Shown in pieces: positions 35,780 through 44,036 of a stretch of 64,000 nucleotides of DNA. Every line of letters begins with the position of its first letter. Positions within the stretch are counted from its first letter, which is position 1. The stretch is from positions 37,556 to 101,555 of the forward strand of contig JAFVTH010000011.1 of NCBI GenBank assembly GCA_017503285.1, written 5' to 3'. Both the position numbers and the translations under genes were made by a program. Under the pieces are notes generated by a model that had not been told where the DNA came from, did not search any database, and worked only from the letters and a program-made list of their open reading frames with translations. Origin of the DNA: Clostridia bacterium. GTDB lineage: Bacteria > Bacillota > Clostridia > Oscillospirales > CAG-272.

Positions 35780-36914
35780 TTACGTAGAAAACGATTCCGT
35801 GCTTGAGCCAACCGAGGTAAGCGAGCCAACAGAGGTAAGCGAGCCGGTGGTAGAGTATGATGATGCAGCTATCGAGGCTGAATATCGCGCAAGAAAGAAG
35901 GCGCAGGCAGAGTACGACTTTGCCCAGCCCTACGACCCTGAGGCACTCCTTGAGGTAAGGCATTTGAGAAAGGCTTTCCCAATAAAGAAAAGCCTTTTTG
36001 GCAAGGTACAGCAGGAGCTTATTGCAGTTGACGATGTTTCCTTTAAGCTTTACCCGGGCGAAACCCTTGGTATAGTTGGAGAAAGCGGCTGTGGTAAGAC
36101 AACAATGGGTAGAACTATTTTGAAGCTTCACCCATCAAACGGTGGTCAAATCATCTTTAACGGACAGGATATTACAAATGTTAAGTCCTCTAAGATGAGA
36201 GAGCTACGCCGTCAAATGCAGATTATTTTCCAAGACCCCTACTCATCACTTCCACCAAGAAGCACAGTAGGCGGCATTCTTTCCGAGCCTGTTGAGGTGC
36301 ACAAGATTGTACCGGCCGGCGAAAGAAAGGACTATGTGCTTGACCTTATGGACAAGTGTGGTCTTCGTGATTACTACTACGAAAGATACCCGCACGAGTT
36401 TTCCGGTGGTCAGCGTCAGAGAATTTGTATTGCAAGAGCGCTTTCCGTAAATCCTAAGCTTGTTATTTGTGACGAGCCTGTTTCGGCGCTTGACGTGTCT
36501 ATCCAGGCGCAGATTATTAACCTGCTTAAGGACCTACAAAGGAATATGGGACTTACATATCTCTTTATTTCCCACGACCTATCGGTAGTTAAGTACATCT
36601 CCGATAAAATCGGCGTTATGTACCTTGGCGCAATGGTAGAGTTTGGTAAAAAGGATGATATCTTTGAAAACCCGCTTCACCCATATACAAGGGCGCTGTT
36701 TTCAGCAATACCAAATCCAAATCCTGACATAAAAATGAACCGTATGGTTCTGACAGGCGATATTCCATCACCTGCAAACCCACCAAAGGGCTGTCGCTTC
36801 CATACCCGTTGTCCTTACGCAAAGGAAATATGCAAGCATATTCCACCTGAGTATAAGGAGTATGGCGACGGACACTTTGCAGCTTGCCACCTTTTAGAGG
36901 AGCAAGAGGGCTAA
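35772..36914 (+). CDS. ABC transporter ATP-binding protein (OppF-like) with ~65-aa N-terminal extension
   Basis: The ATG at 35772 behind GGAGGAAGG overlaps the upstream stop by 8 nt. Motifs GESGCGKTT, FSGGQRQR and LVICDEPVS. Confidence 0.9.
   Translation: MADYVENDSVLEPTEVSEPTEVSEPVVEYDDAAIEAEYRARKKAQAEYDFAQPYDPEALLEVRHLRKAFPIKKSLFGKVQQELIAVDDVSFKLYPGETLGIVGESGCGKTTMGRTILKLHPSNGGQIIFNGQDITNVKSSKMRELRRQMQIIFQDPYSSLPPRSTVGGILSEPVEVHKIVPAGERKDYVLDLMDKCGLRDYYYERYPHEFSGGQRQRICIARALSVNPKLVICDEPVSALDVSIQAQIINLLKDLQRNMGLTYLFISHDLSVVKYISDKIGVMYLGAMVEFGKKDDIFENPLHPYTRALFSAIPNPNPDIKMNRMVLTGDIPSPANPPKGCRFHTRCPYAKEICKHIPPEYKEYGDGHFAACHLLEEQEG
35805..35845 (+). repeat. In-frame 18-bp tandem repeat, 2.3 copies (EPTEVS-EPTEVS-EP)
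   Basis: gagccaaccgaggtaagc / gagccaacagaggtaagc / gagcc, with 1 mismatch between the full units. Confidence 0.9.
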
Positions 36915-36940
36915 AACTCCAAAATCTATGTGAGGTAAAA

Positions 36941-37192
36941 ATGAGCAAGAAGCCAAACGAAAAAAAGAAAAAGGAAAAGGTTGTATATATTGACGACGGC
37001 AGGACAATTGCAGATATGTCAAACCTGCCAAACGCAAAAAAGCCTAACTACAACACAGGCAAATCCACCTTTAAGGATAAGTGGATTACCTATTGGTCAG
37101 CCGTTAAAATGATGGTTGTGCCAATGCTTATAATGATAGGCATACTTTGCGTTGCCTTCGGTCTTGCTTGGCTTGCATTTACATTTTTATAA
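36941..37192 (+). CDS. Small lysine-rich tail-anchored membrane protein, last gene of the ABC operon
   Basis: ATG behind GAGGT. 83 aa with a single C-terminal hydrophobic stretch, MMVVPMLIMIGILCVAFGLAWLAFTFL. Confidence 0.45.
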   Translation: MSKKPNEKKKKEKVVYIDDGRTIADMSNLPNAKKPNYNTGKSTFKDKWITYWSAVKMMVVPMLIMIGILCVAFGLAWLAFTFL

Positions 37193-37195
37193 AAG

Positions 37196-37228
37196 CAAAA
37201 AGGAACAGAGCATATCTGTTCCTTTTTT
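37196..37228 (+). terminator. Rho-independent terminator of the ABC operon
   Basis: Hairpin aggaacaga-gcatat-ctgttcct followed by TTTTT. Confidence 0.8.
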
Positions 37229-37289
37229 CTAATATAAAACTTTGCATGGCTCTATGTAGGCTTTGAACGTGAGCGAAAAATAAAAATCG

Positions 37290-37450
37290 GAGTTGAGCCT
37301 TCTTAATCTAAAGGCTCCCTTGTGAAAGGGAGCTGTCAGCAAGGCTGACTGAGGGATTGCTTTGAGCAAGATTTACAATCACTCCGTCATTTTCTCCACG
37401 AAAATGCCACCTCCCTTTCACAAGGGAGGCTTATCCTTAAGCTTGTAAGC
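37290..37450. repeat. Intergenic multi-hairpin repeat element (paired CTCCCTT-loop-AAGGGAG hairpins)
   Basis: Hairpin ctcccttGTGAaagggag at 37315..37332 and ctcccttTCACaagggag at 37411..37428 have the same stem and reverse-complement loops. Additional hairpins lie at 37295..37317 and 37335..37349. Confidence 0.55.
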
Positions 37451-37505
37451 AATGGTCATGGGGCAGACAGCTTAATTTTTAATGCACAAGTAATTTGTTC
37501 CAAAA

Positions 37506-37536
37506 CAAAAAGAGGCAAGAGATGCCTCTTTTTTCA
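37506..37536. terminator. Bidirectional terminator downstream of trmO
   Basis: The sequence aaaaagaggcaagagatgcctctttttt. Confidence 0.7.
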
Positions 37537-38205
37537 TTCAATGCTAATTACAAAAAGCTCCTTGCCCTCAACCTTAAACTTTACCTCGAAATTTTCAAAG
37601 GGAAACCCAAAAACGCGGGAGGGCGTGTCTATATAAGAGGGTCTTGGGTCTTGACTAAGTGCTTCCTTAAGACAAAGGAGCTGGCATTCTGTCAGCTTAT
37701 GACAAAGCTCTTTTGGTATGTTTACATTTAGTATGTAATCATCAAGTGAGGCAGAAAAGCCACCGCTTGCGTTTTCTATGCTTTCAAACTGTGGTAAATA
37801 TGGCTTTATATCGTAAACAGGAGTCCCGTCCATCATATCAGCGCCGCTTAGATGCAAAACATATCCCTGGTTTTCCGTTTTTTCAATGGCATCAAGCTTC
37901 AAAAGAGAAAGCCCCAGACTATTTGGTCTAAAGGGAGAGCGAGAGGCAAAAACCCCCACACGGGTGTTGCCACCCAGTCTTGGCGGACGTACAGTCGGAG
38001 AAAACTCCTTGTATTCTGCCTTGTTAAAGCCCCAAATTACCCAAATGTGGGAAAATTCCTCAAGCCCGCGCAAGGCCTCCTTTACCCTGTATTCCGGAGA
38101 AAAAACAAGTGTAGCTAGGCTGCTTTTTACAGTTCCGCTTTGCCTTGGTACACCAAACTTTGTCTTAAATTGTGTCCTTAAATGCCCAATTTCCTTAATT
38201 TCCAT
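37534..38205 (-). CDS. trmO: tRNA (m6t6A37) methyltransferase TrmO/TsaA family (YaeB-like)
   Basis: The N-terminus IGHLRTQFKTKFGVPRQSG and FSHIWVIW...RPPRLGGN..GVFASRSPFRPN are typical of the UPF0066/TsaA fold. Confidence 0.8.
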   Translation of the reverse strand: MEIKEIGHLRTQFKTKFGVPRQSGTVKSSLATLVFSPEYRVKEALRGLEEFSHIWVIWGFNKAEYKEFSPTVRPPRLGGNTRVGVFASRSPFRPNSLGLSLLKLDAIEKTENQGYVLHLSGADMMDGTPVYDIKPYLPQFESIENASGGFSASLDDYILNVNIPKELCHKLTECQLLCLKEALSQDPRPSYIDTPSRVFGFPFENFEVKFKVEGKELFVISIE

Positions 38206-38224
38206 TTTTACCTCTTATAATAAG

Positions 38225-39484
38225 CTAAGACTGTTGCTTCTTCATAGGTCCGGGTAGCTTTATTTCAAAATCCACCGCACCGTCGTTTGCCTTAGGTGGG
38301 GGCATCTTTTTTTCGTCAAGCACGGTTGCAGGCTTAATAGAGCCCTTGCCGTAGGTGTTTTTTATCTCGTCAACAACGGAAAAAAGCTTCTTTTTCTTTT
38401 CTGCCTTGTCGTAGTCGTAAAATAAATCTCTTTGCTGGGGTAGGTCCTCGTCAATTAGGTCAATGGCAGTAATTGTTATAGCCCTGACCTTGCTTTCCCA
38501 ATTATAAATTTCCTTAAAAAGGCTAAAACCGGCTTTTGCTAAGCTGACCTCGTCCTGCACAGGCTTTGGTAGCCTTGCTTGCGCAGAAGCCGAGCTTAAA
38601 AACTCGTTCTTTACAGTGATGGCAACGCCACGGGCGCAAAGCCCCTCCTTTCGCAGCTTGTAGCCAACATCAATAGCCAAGGAAACAATAACCTTTTCAG
38701 CCTCGTCATTGTTTACAAGGTTTTCCACACAGGTAATGCCGTGACCGATAGATTTAGGTGGAGCTTTTTCGTCCATGTGGGCAACAGGGGACATATCAAG
38801 CCCGTTTGCAAAATCCCAAAGCATACCGCCGTTTTTACCAAGACGCCTTTCTAAAAAGTCCCTTGGCACCTTAGCCAGCTGACCGATGGTTGTAACACCA
38901 ATCTCCTCAAGCCGCATAGTTGTTTGCCTGCCACAATAAAGCAAATCCGAGCAGGGGAGTGTCCAAATTTTCTCCTTAAAGTTGTCCTCGGTTATCTCGG
39001 TTATAGCATCTGGCTTTTTCAAGTCACTGCCTAATTTTGCAAAAACCTTGTTAAATGAAACACCTATGCTGACAGTAAGCCCAAGCTCGTCCTTTACACG
39101 CTGCCTTATCTTACTGGCAATCTCCATAGGGGACATAAGGCTGTCTGTAACATCAAGCCAGCACTCATCAAGCCCATAAGGCTCAATAAGGTCGGTGTAG
39201 TCCTCGTATATTTTGTGCAGTAGCCTTGAAAATTCCTTGTAGTATTCAAATCTCGGTGGCACAATAATAAGCTCGGGGCATTTTTTCTTAGCCTCCCAGT
39301 TTGGCATACCTGTTGTGATGCCCGCCTTTTTTGCAAGCTCACTTTTTGCCAAAACAATACCGTGCCTTTCCTCGGTAGAGCCACAAACAGCAACAGCCTT
39401 ATCTCTAAGCTCGGGATTTAACACTATTTCACAGGATGCGTAAAAGCAGTTTGCATCGCTATGTAAAATTGCACGCTTTTTCAT
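38225..39484 (-). CDS. dinB: Y-family DNA polymerase (Pol IV / UmuC-like)
   Basis: Motifs ILHSDANCFYASCE, GLDECWLDVT and SIGVSFNKVFAKL. 419 aa. Confidence 0.88.
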   Translation of the reverse strand: MKKRAILHSDANCFYASCEIVLNPELRDKAVAVCGSTEERHGIVLAKSELAKKAGITTGMPNWEAKKKCPELIIVPPRFEYYKEFSRLLHKIYEDYTDLIEPYGLDECWLDVTDSLMSPMEIASKIRQRVKDELGLTVSIGVSFNKVFAKLGSDLKKPDAITEITEDNFKEKIWTLPCSDLLYCGRQTTMRLEEIGVTTIGQLAKVPRDFLERRLGKNGGMLWDFANGLDMSPVAHMDEKAPPKSIGHGITCVENLVNNDEAEKVIVSLAIDVGYKLRKEGLCARGVAITVKNEFLSSASAQARLPKPVQDEVSLAKAGFSLFKEIYNWESKVRAITITAIDLIDEDLPQQRDLFYDYDKAEKKKKLFSVVDEIKNTYGKGSIKPATVLDEKKMPPPKANDGAVDFEIKLPGPMKKQQS

Positions 39485-39503
39485 AAAATCCCCCGTGGAG
39501 TGT

Positions 39504-39761
39504 CTAAATTTCCTCTTTTATTGAGAACCAGCTATTGGTGTAAGCCTCAAAATAAATCTTTTTTTCTACCCCCTCAACCAGCACCGAATATTCAATCGGA
39601 GCAACGCAGGTCACAACCCTGGGGCAGTAGCTTCTTGTGTCTAAAACCTTGGTTATCTCAAAGGCTTTGTCCTTGTAAATTATGCGCCTTGGGCGCAATT
39701 TGCCATTTTTCAGAAAGCGAGCATCTACCTCTAAATTGACTCTTATAAAATGCTCTGCCAT
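39504..39761 (-). CDS. 85-aa hypothetical protein between the LexA-family repressor and the Y-family polymerase
   Basis: Intact ORF with tight spacing: 7 nt after the repressor stop and 19 nt before the polymerase start. I recognise no motif. Confidence 0.5.
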   Translation of the reverse strand: MAEHFIRVNLEVDARFLKNGKLRPRRIIYKDKAFEITKVLDTRSYCPRVVTCVAPIEYSVLVEGVEKKIYFEAYTNSWFSIKEEI

Positions 39762-39768
39762 TTTAACC

Positions 39769-40368
39769 TCAAAGGGACTTTATTACCTTTGTTGCAACGC
39801 CCTGTATAAGACAGCTTGAAACGATAATATCGTCCATCTCCTCGTTTTCGGGGTGCAAAACAATTCTCTTGTTTTCAGGCTCCGGATAGTAGCGCTTTAG
39901 TGTGCTTTGACCATCGGCAAGAGCAACAACAATATCCCCGCGCCTTGCGTAGTCCTGCTTTCTTATAATAACCATATCTCCGTCGTCAATGCCTGCGTCA
40001 ATCATGGAATTTCCGTCAGCAGTAAGGATAAAAAAGCTTCCCTTACCAACAAAGGACTTAGGCAATCTAACATAGCCGTCAATATATTCCTCACGGTCAT
40101 CAAGCGGTCCACAGGGGATAGTGCCTATCTTAGCCACGGAAACCATTTCGCGCTCGGTCTTTGAGATGTAAGGCGTTTCAAAGCCAAGGTCGCTTTTTGT
40201 TATAATGCCGGCACGCTCCATAGCGTCAAGATATCTCTGCACCGTGCTTTTTGAAACACCTGTGCTTGCGGAAATCTCACGGACAGATGGAGAAGAATTA
40301 TATGTATCAAAATAGTTTTCAATACATTGCTTAATAGAAATAATAATATCAACCTTTACGTTTGCCAT
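39769..40368 (-). CDS. LexA-family (S24 peptidase) autocleavable repressor
   Basis: ATG at 40368 behind AAGGAAGG. N-terminal wHTH (VSKSTVQRYLDAMERAGII). Predicted cleavage site IPCGP, Ser in DGNSM, Lys in STLKRY. Confidence 0.85.
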   Translation of the reverse strand: MANVKVDIIISIKQCIENYFDTYNSSPSVREISASTGVSKSTVQRYLDAMERAGIITKSDLGFETPYISKTEREMVSVAKIGTIPCGPLDDREEYIDGYVRLPKSFVGKGSFFILTADGNSMIDAGIDDGDMVIIRKQDYARRGDIVVALADGQSTLKRYYPEPENKRIVLHPENEEMDDIIVSSCLIQGVATKVIKSL

Positions 40369-40458
40369 AATAAATACCTTCCTTTTTTCAAAGCAGAGTA
40401 GCCATAAAACGCTTAATTCTGCTTCGGTGTAAATTTGTGTCCCACCTTGTGCGCACAT

Positions 40459-40540
40459 TGGGACACTTTGTCCCATTTATTATAGCACCCTAAAAAGCCC
40501 TTGTCAATAGAATTTCATAAAAAAAGGGACAAACTGTCCC
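40459..40540 (-). promoter_or_regulatory. Sigma-A-type promoter bracketed by two GGGACA-N3-TGTCCC operators
   Basis: On the minus strand: TTGACA (40507..40502), a 17-nt spacer, then TATAAT (40484..40479). Palindromes: TGGGACACTTTGTCCCA at 40459..40475, just downstream of the -10, and GGGACAAACTGTCCC at 40526..40540, upstream of the -35. Confidence 0.65.
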
Positions 40541-40704
40541 AAAACTAAAACAAAAGAGGTCAAAAGCTCCTGCTTTTGCTGATTTTTTGCGCCTTATCCT
40601 ATATAATTAATGAAGGATTTTATGCGATAGCCTACCTTTTTCTTGACAAAAAATATGCTGGGTGCTAATATATAATAGTATAAAGAAAAAACGAGGTTTA
40701 TAAA

Positions 40705-41454
40705 ATGCCAAGATTTTTTATAAGAAAAGAGCAAATTGAAATAAAGGAAAACGAAAAGCTAATCCACATAGTAGGCGAGGATGCCCACCATATAGCAAGG
40801 GCACTTCGTATGGCTGTTGGCGAGGGTGTTGAAATATGCGATATGCAAAAAAACCTTTACATGTGTACGCTTTTGGAGTTTTTTGACGATAAAGAGGTGC
40901 TTGCCAGGGTGGATAGCGAGGTTAAGTGCGACACCGAGCCGGAAAACGAAATCGTTTTATATCAAGCCCTTGCCAAGGGCGAAAAAATGGAGATTATTAT
41001 CCAAAAGGCTGTGGAGTGTGGTGCAACAAAAATTGTGCCCTTTAAGTCCGAGCGCTGTATTGCCAAGCTGGATAAAAAGGACGAGCCAAAGAAAATTGAA
41101 CGCTGGCAAAAAATTGCTGAGGCAGGGGCTAAGCAAAGCGGCAGAGGTATAATTCCGCAGGTCTTTCCGGCTTTGACATTTGACCAAATGATAGATGAGG
41201 CAAAAAAATGCAGCCTGCCACTTTTCTGCTACGAGGCAGAGGACGGCTCAACGATAAAGAGCGCACTAAGGGGTGCAGAGGACAAATCCACCATTGCCAT
41301 AATTATAGGCAGTGAGGGTGGCTTTAGCGTTACAGAGGCTAATAAAATAAAGGACGCAGGCATAAGAAGCGTGGGTCTTGGCAAAAGAATATTAAGGTGT
41401 GAAACCGCATCTGCCTTCGCTCTTGCGTGCATTGTGTACGAAAACGAGCTGTGA
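40705..41454 (+). CDS. rsmE: 16S rRNA (uracil1498-N3)-methyltransferase
   Basis: MPRFFI...GEDAHHIARALRM at the N-terminus and a C-terminal IIGSEGGFS SPOUT motif. Confidence 0.85.
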   Translation: MPRFFIRKEQIEIKENEKLIHIVGEDAHHIARALRMAVGEGVEICDMQKNLYMCTLLEFFDDKEVLARVDSEVKCDTEPENEIVLYQALAKGEKMEIIIQKAVECGATKIVPFKSERCIAKLDKKDEPKKIERWQKIAEAGAKQSGRGIIPQVFPALTFDQMIDEAKKCSLPLFCYEAEDGSTIKSALRGAEDKSTIAIIIGSEGGFSVTEANKIKDAGIRSVGLGKRILRCETASAFALACIVYENEL

Positions 41455-41597
41455 TTTTTGGGCAATTTAACAATAAAAATAGCAATATTCACAAAAAAAT
41501 ATTGAATTTCCTATTGAAAACTTTGTAAAAATAGTGTAATATAGATATACTAAGTGCACAAATTGCACAAAAACGACAATTTTGTTCGGAGGTAAAT

Positions 41598-42683
41598 ATG
41601 TCAAACAGATTGTTCCAGGGCGTAATTCATCAAATGCACGATGCAGTAGACAGGGTTATCGGAGTTATAGACGACGGTGGCGTTGTTGTTGCATGTAGCG
41701 AGCTTTCAGTTATTGGCGAGGTAAGAGCTAAGGTGAAGGAGGAGATGGCGTTTACAACAGAGAAAATCGTTGCAGATGGCTATACATACCAGCACATTGG
41801 CACTAATGCAAAGCCGGAGTTTATGGTTTTTGTAGAGGGCGAGGATAAGACAGCAGAAAAGTATGCATCTATTCTTACTATCACTCTTGCAAACATCAAA
41901 AGCTTTTATGACGAAAAATGCGACAAAAGCTCATTTATCAAAAATATCATTATGGATAACATCCTACCAAGCGACATTTACGCAAAGAGTAAGGAGCTTC
42001 ATTTTGATGGTAACGAGCCACGTGCCGTATTGCTTGTTAGATTCTATACAAGGACTGACCTTCTCCCCTTCGATATTATCCAAAATATGTTCCCAGACAA
42101 GTCCAAGGACTTTGTTATCAGCACAGGCGAGCAGGATATAGTTGTAGTTAAGGACTTAGAGGGAGAGGCAAGCACGCTTGATGTTGAGCAAATTGCTCAG
42201 AACATTGCTGACACAGTAAGCTCCGAGTTTTACTGCAAGGTTGGTATCGGTATAGGTACTATTGTAGAAAACGTAAAGGACCTTGCAAGATCATATAAGG
42301 AATCACAGATTGCTATTGAGGTTGGCAAGGTGTTTGAAAGCGAGAAGGAAATCATCAGCTACGAAAACCTTGGCATTGGTCGTCTTATTTACCAGCTTCC
42401 GACAACCCTTTGCGAAATGTTCCTTTCTGAGGTATTTAAGCACGGCTCTCTTGACACACTTGACAAGGAAACTCTTCAAACAATTCAGGTTTTCTTTGAT
42501 AACAACCTAAACGTGTCCGAAACCTCAAGAAAGCTTTTTGTACACAGAAACACACTTGTGTACAGGCTTGAAAAGATAAGAAAGCTAACAGGCCTTGACC
42601 TTCGTCAATTTGACCACGCAATCACATTCAAGGTTGCACTTATGGTTAAGCGTTACCTAACATCTAAGCCTGTAAAATTCTAA
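41598..42683 (+). CDS. PucR/CdaR-family transcriptional regulator
   Basis: C-terminal HTH NVSETSRKLFVHRNTLVYRLEKIRKLTGLDLR. Confidence 0.75.
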   Translation: MSNRLFQGVIHQMHDAVDRVIGVIDDGGVVVACSELSVIGEVRAKVKEEMAFTTEKIVADGYTYQHIGTNAKPEFMVFVEGEDKTAEKYASILTITLANIKSFYDEKCDKSSFIKNIIMDNILPSDIYAKSKELHFDGNEPRAVLLVRFYTRTDLLPFDIIQNMFPDKSKDFVISTGEQDIVVVKDLEGEASTLDVEQIAQNIADTVSSEFYCKVGIGIGTIVENVKDLARSYKESQIAIEVGKVFESEKEIISYENLGIGRLIYQLPTTLCEMFLSEVFKHGSLDTLDKETLQTIQVFFDNNLNVSETSRKLFVHRNTLVYRLEKIRKLTGLDLRQFDHAITFKVALMVKRYLTSKPVKF

Positions 42684-42724
42684 GAAACGACCTCCTTGTT
42701 AAACAAAGCAAAAAAGGAGAAAAA

Positions 42725-44026
42725 ATGAATAAGCAATTAAGTGTAAAATATGCACTACTTTATGGTGCAATTGCAGTAGTTGTGGCTGTTTCAATGACCA
42801 TTGGCGCAATGATGCTTGTTTTCAATTTTGAAAAGGCAGAAATGGAGAAGGAGCACGGTAAGGACCTTGCCGCAGCATACGAGGGTGTTGATGCTCTTAG
42901 CGAAATTATTGAGTATTACAACACCTTGCCAGAGGACCAGCGCAACTATGATATGTATCTTAAGCTCTGTGAGCTTGAGAAATGGTACCGTGCCTACTAT
43001 GTTAAGGCAAACGAAATGGACAATGATAAAATCACCCATATGGTTGCAAACGGCTTTATTGCCGGTGTTGGCGACAAGCATGGTGAGTTTTACACAGCGG
43101 ACGACTTTGCTGCCTTGACAAGCCAAACACAGGGTAACACCGTTGGTATTGGAGTTTATGTTAGACTTGACCCTGACACAATGTGCATCAAGGTTTTGAC
43201 GGTTATGAAGGACTCTCCGGCGCTTGATGCGGGAGTTAAGGCGGGCGACATTATTACACATGTTGACGGACAGAGCGTTATCGAGCTTGGCTATTACGAG
43301 GCTATCAATCGTGTTGCGGGTAAAGAGGGAACAAACGTGGAGCTTACCGTTTTAAGAGACGGTCAGACCATGACTTTTGTCGCTACAAGACGCAGGGTTG
43401 AAACCGAAACCGTTTATTTCCACAAGCACGAGGCTGACCCGAAAGTTGGCGTTGTTCGCATTATAGAGTTTAATAACTCCACACCTAACCAGTTTAAGAA
43501 TGCGGTAAACACTCTTCTTAACGACCAGGGCTGTACCTCTCTTGTGTTTGATATGAGGTCAAACCCGGGTGGCACTCTTGAATCGGTTGTTGAAATGCTT
43601 GACTTCCTTCTACCAAGGGGAGACGTGGTATATGTTACCGACAAGGACGGCATAGTGCTTGAAAAATATGTTTCAGACGACAGCTGTATTGATGTTCCAA
43701 TGGCGGTTTTGACTGACGGTAACACAGCCAGCGCAGCAGAGCTGTTTACCTGCGCGCTTCGTGATTACGAAAAGGCAATTATTGTTGGCACAACAACCTA
43801 TGGCAAGGGCTCTGTCCAAAGCCTAATTGAGCTTGAGGACGGCACAGGCCTTAGATTTACAACATATTTATATAGCCCACCAAAATCGGAAAATTATGAT
43901 GGCGTTGGCATCGTGCCCGACGTAATAGTGGAGCTTGATGAGTCACTTATAGACAAAAATTATTTTGAAATAACAGACGCAGAGGACAATCAGCTAAAGG
44001 CTGCCCTTGATGCGCTTAAGAAATAA
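42725..44026 (+). CDS. Carboxyl-terminal processing protease (S41 family) with PDZ domain
   Basis: N-terminal TM helix, PDZ domain (GDIITHVDGQSV), and motifs DMRSNPGGTLES, NTASAAELF and TYGKGSVQ. Confidence 0.85.
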   Translation: MNKQLSVKYALLYGAIAVVVAVSMTIGAMMLVFNFEKAEMEKEHGKDLAAAYEGVDALSEIIEYYNTLPEDQRNYDMYLKLCELEKWYRAYYVKANEMDNDKITHMVANGFIAGVGDKHGEFYTADDFAALTSQTQGNTVGIGVYVRLDPDTMCIKVLTVMKDSPALDAGVKAGDIITHVDGQSVIELGYYEAINRVAGKEGTNVELTVLRDGQTMTFVATRRRVETETVYFHKHEADPKVGVVRIIEFNNSTPNQFKNAVNTLLNDQGCTSLVFDMRSNPGGTLESVVEMLDFLLPRGDVVYVTDKDGIVLEKYVSDDSCIDVPMAVLTDGNTASAAELFTCALRDYEKAIIVGTTTYGKGSVQSLIELEDGTGLRFTTYLYSPPKSENYDGVGIVPDVIVELDESLIDKNYFEITDAEDNQLKAALDALKK

Positions 44027-44036
44027 GGAGATTATT

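Noticed and set aside
40369-40476. 36-aa N-terminal extension of the LexA-family ORF (track start at 40476)
   Set aside because: The extension would be translated through the promoter and operator. The ATG at 40368 has a proper AAGGAAGG RBS and gives a normal ~200-aa LexA-size protein.
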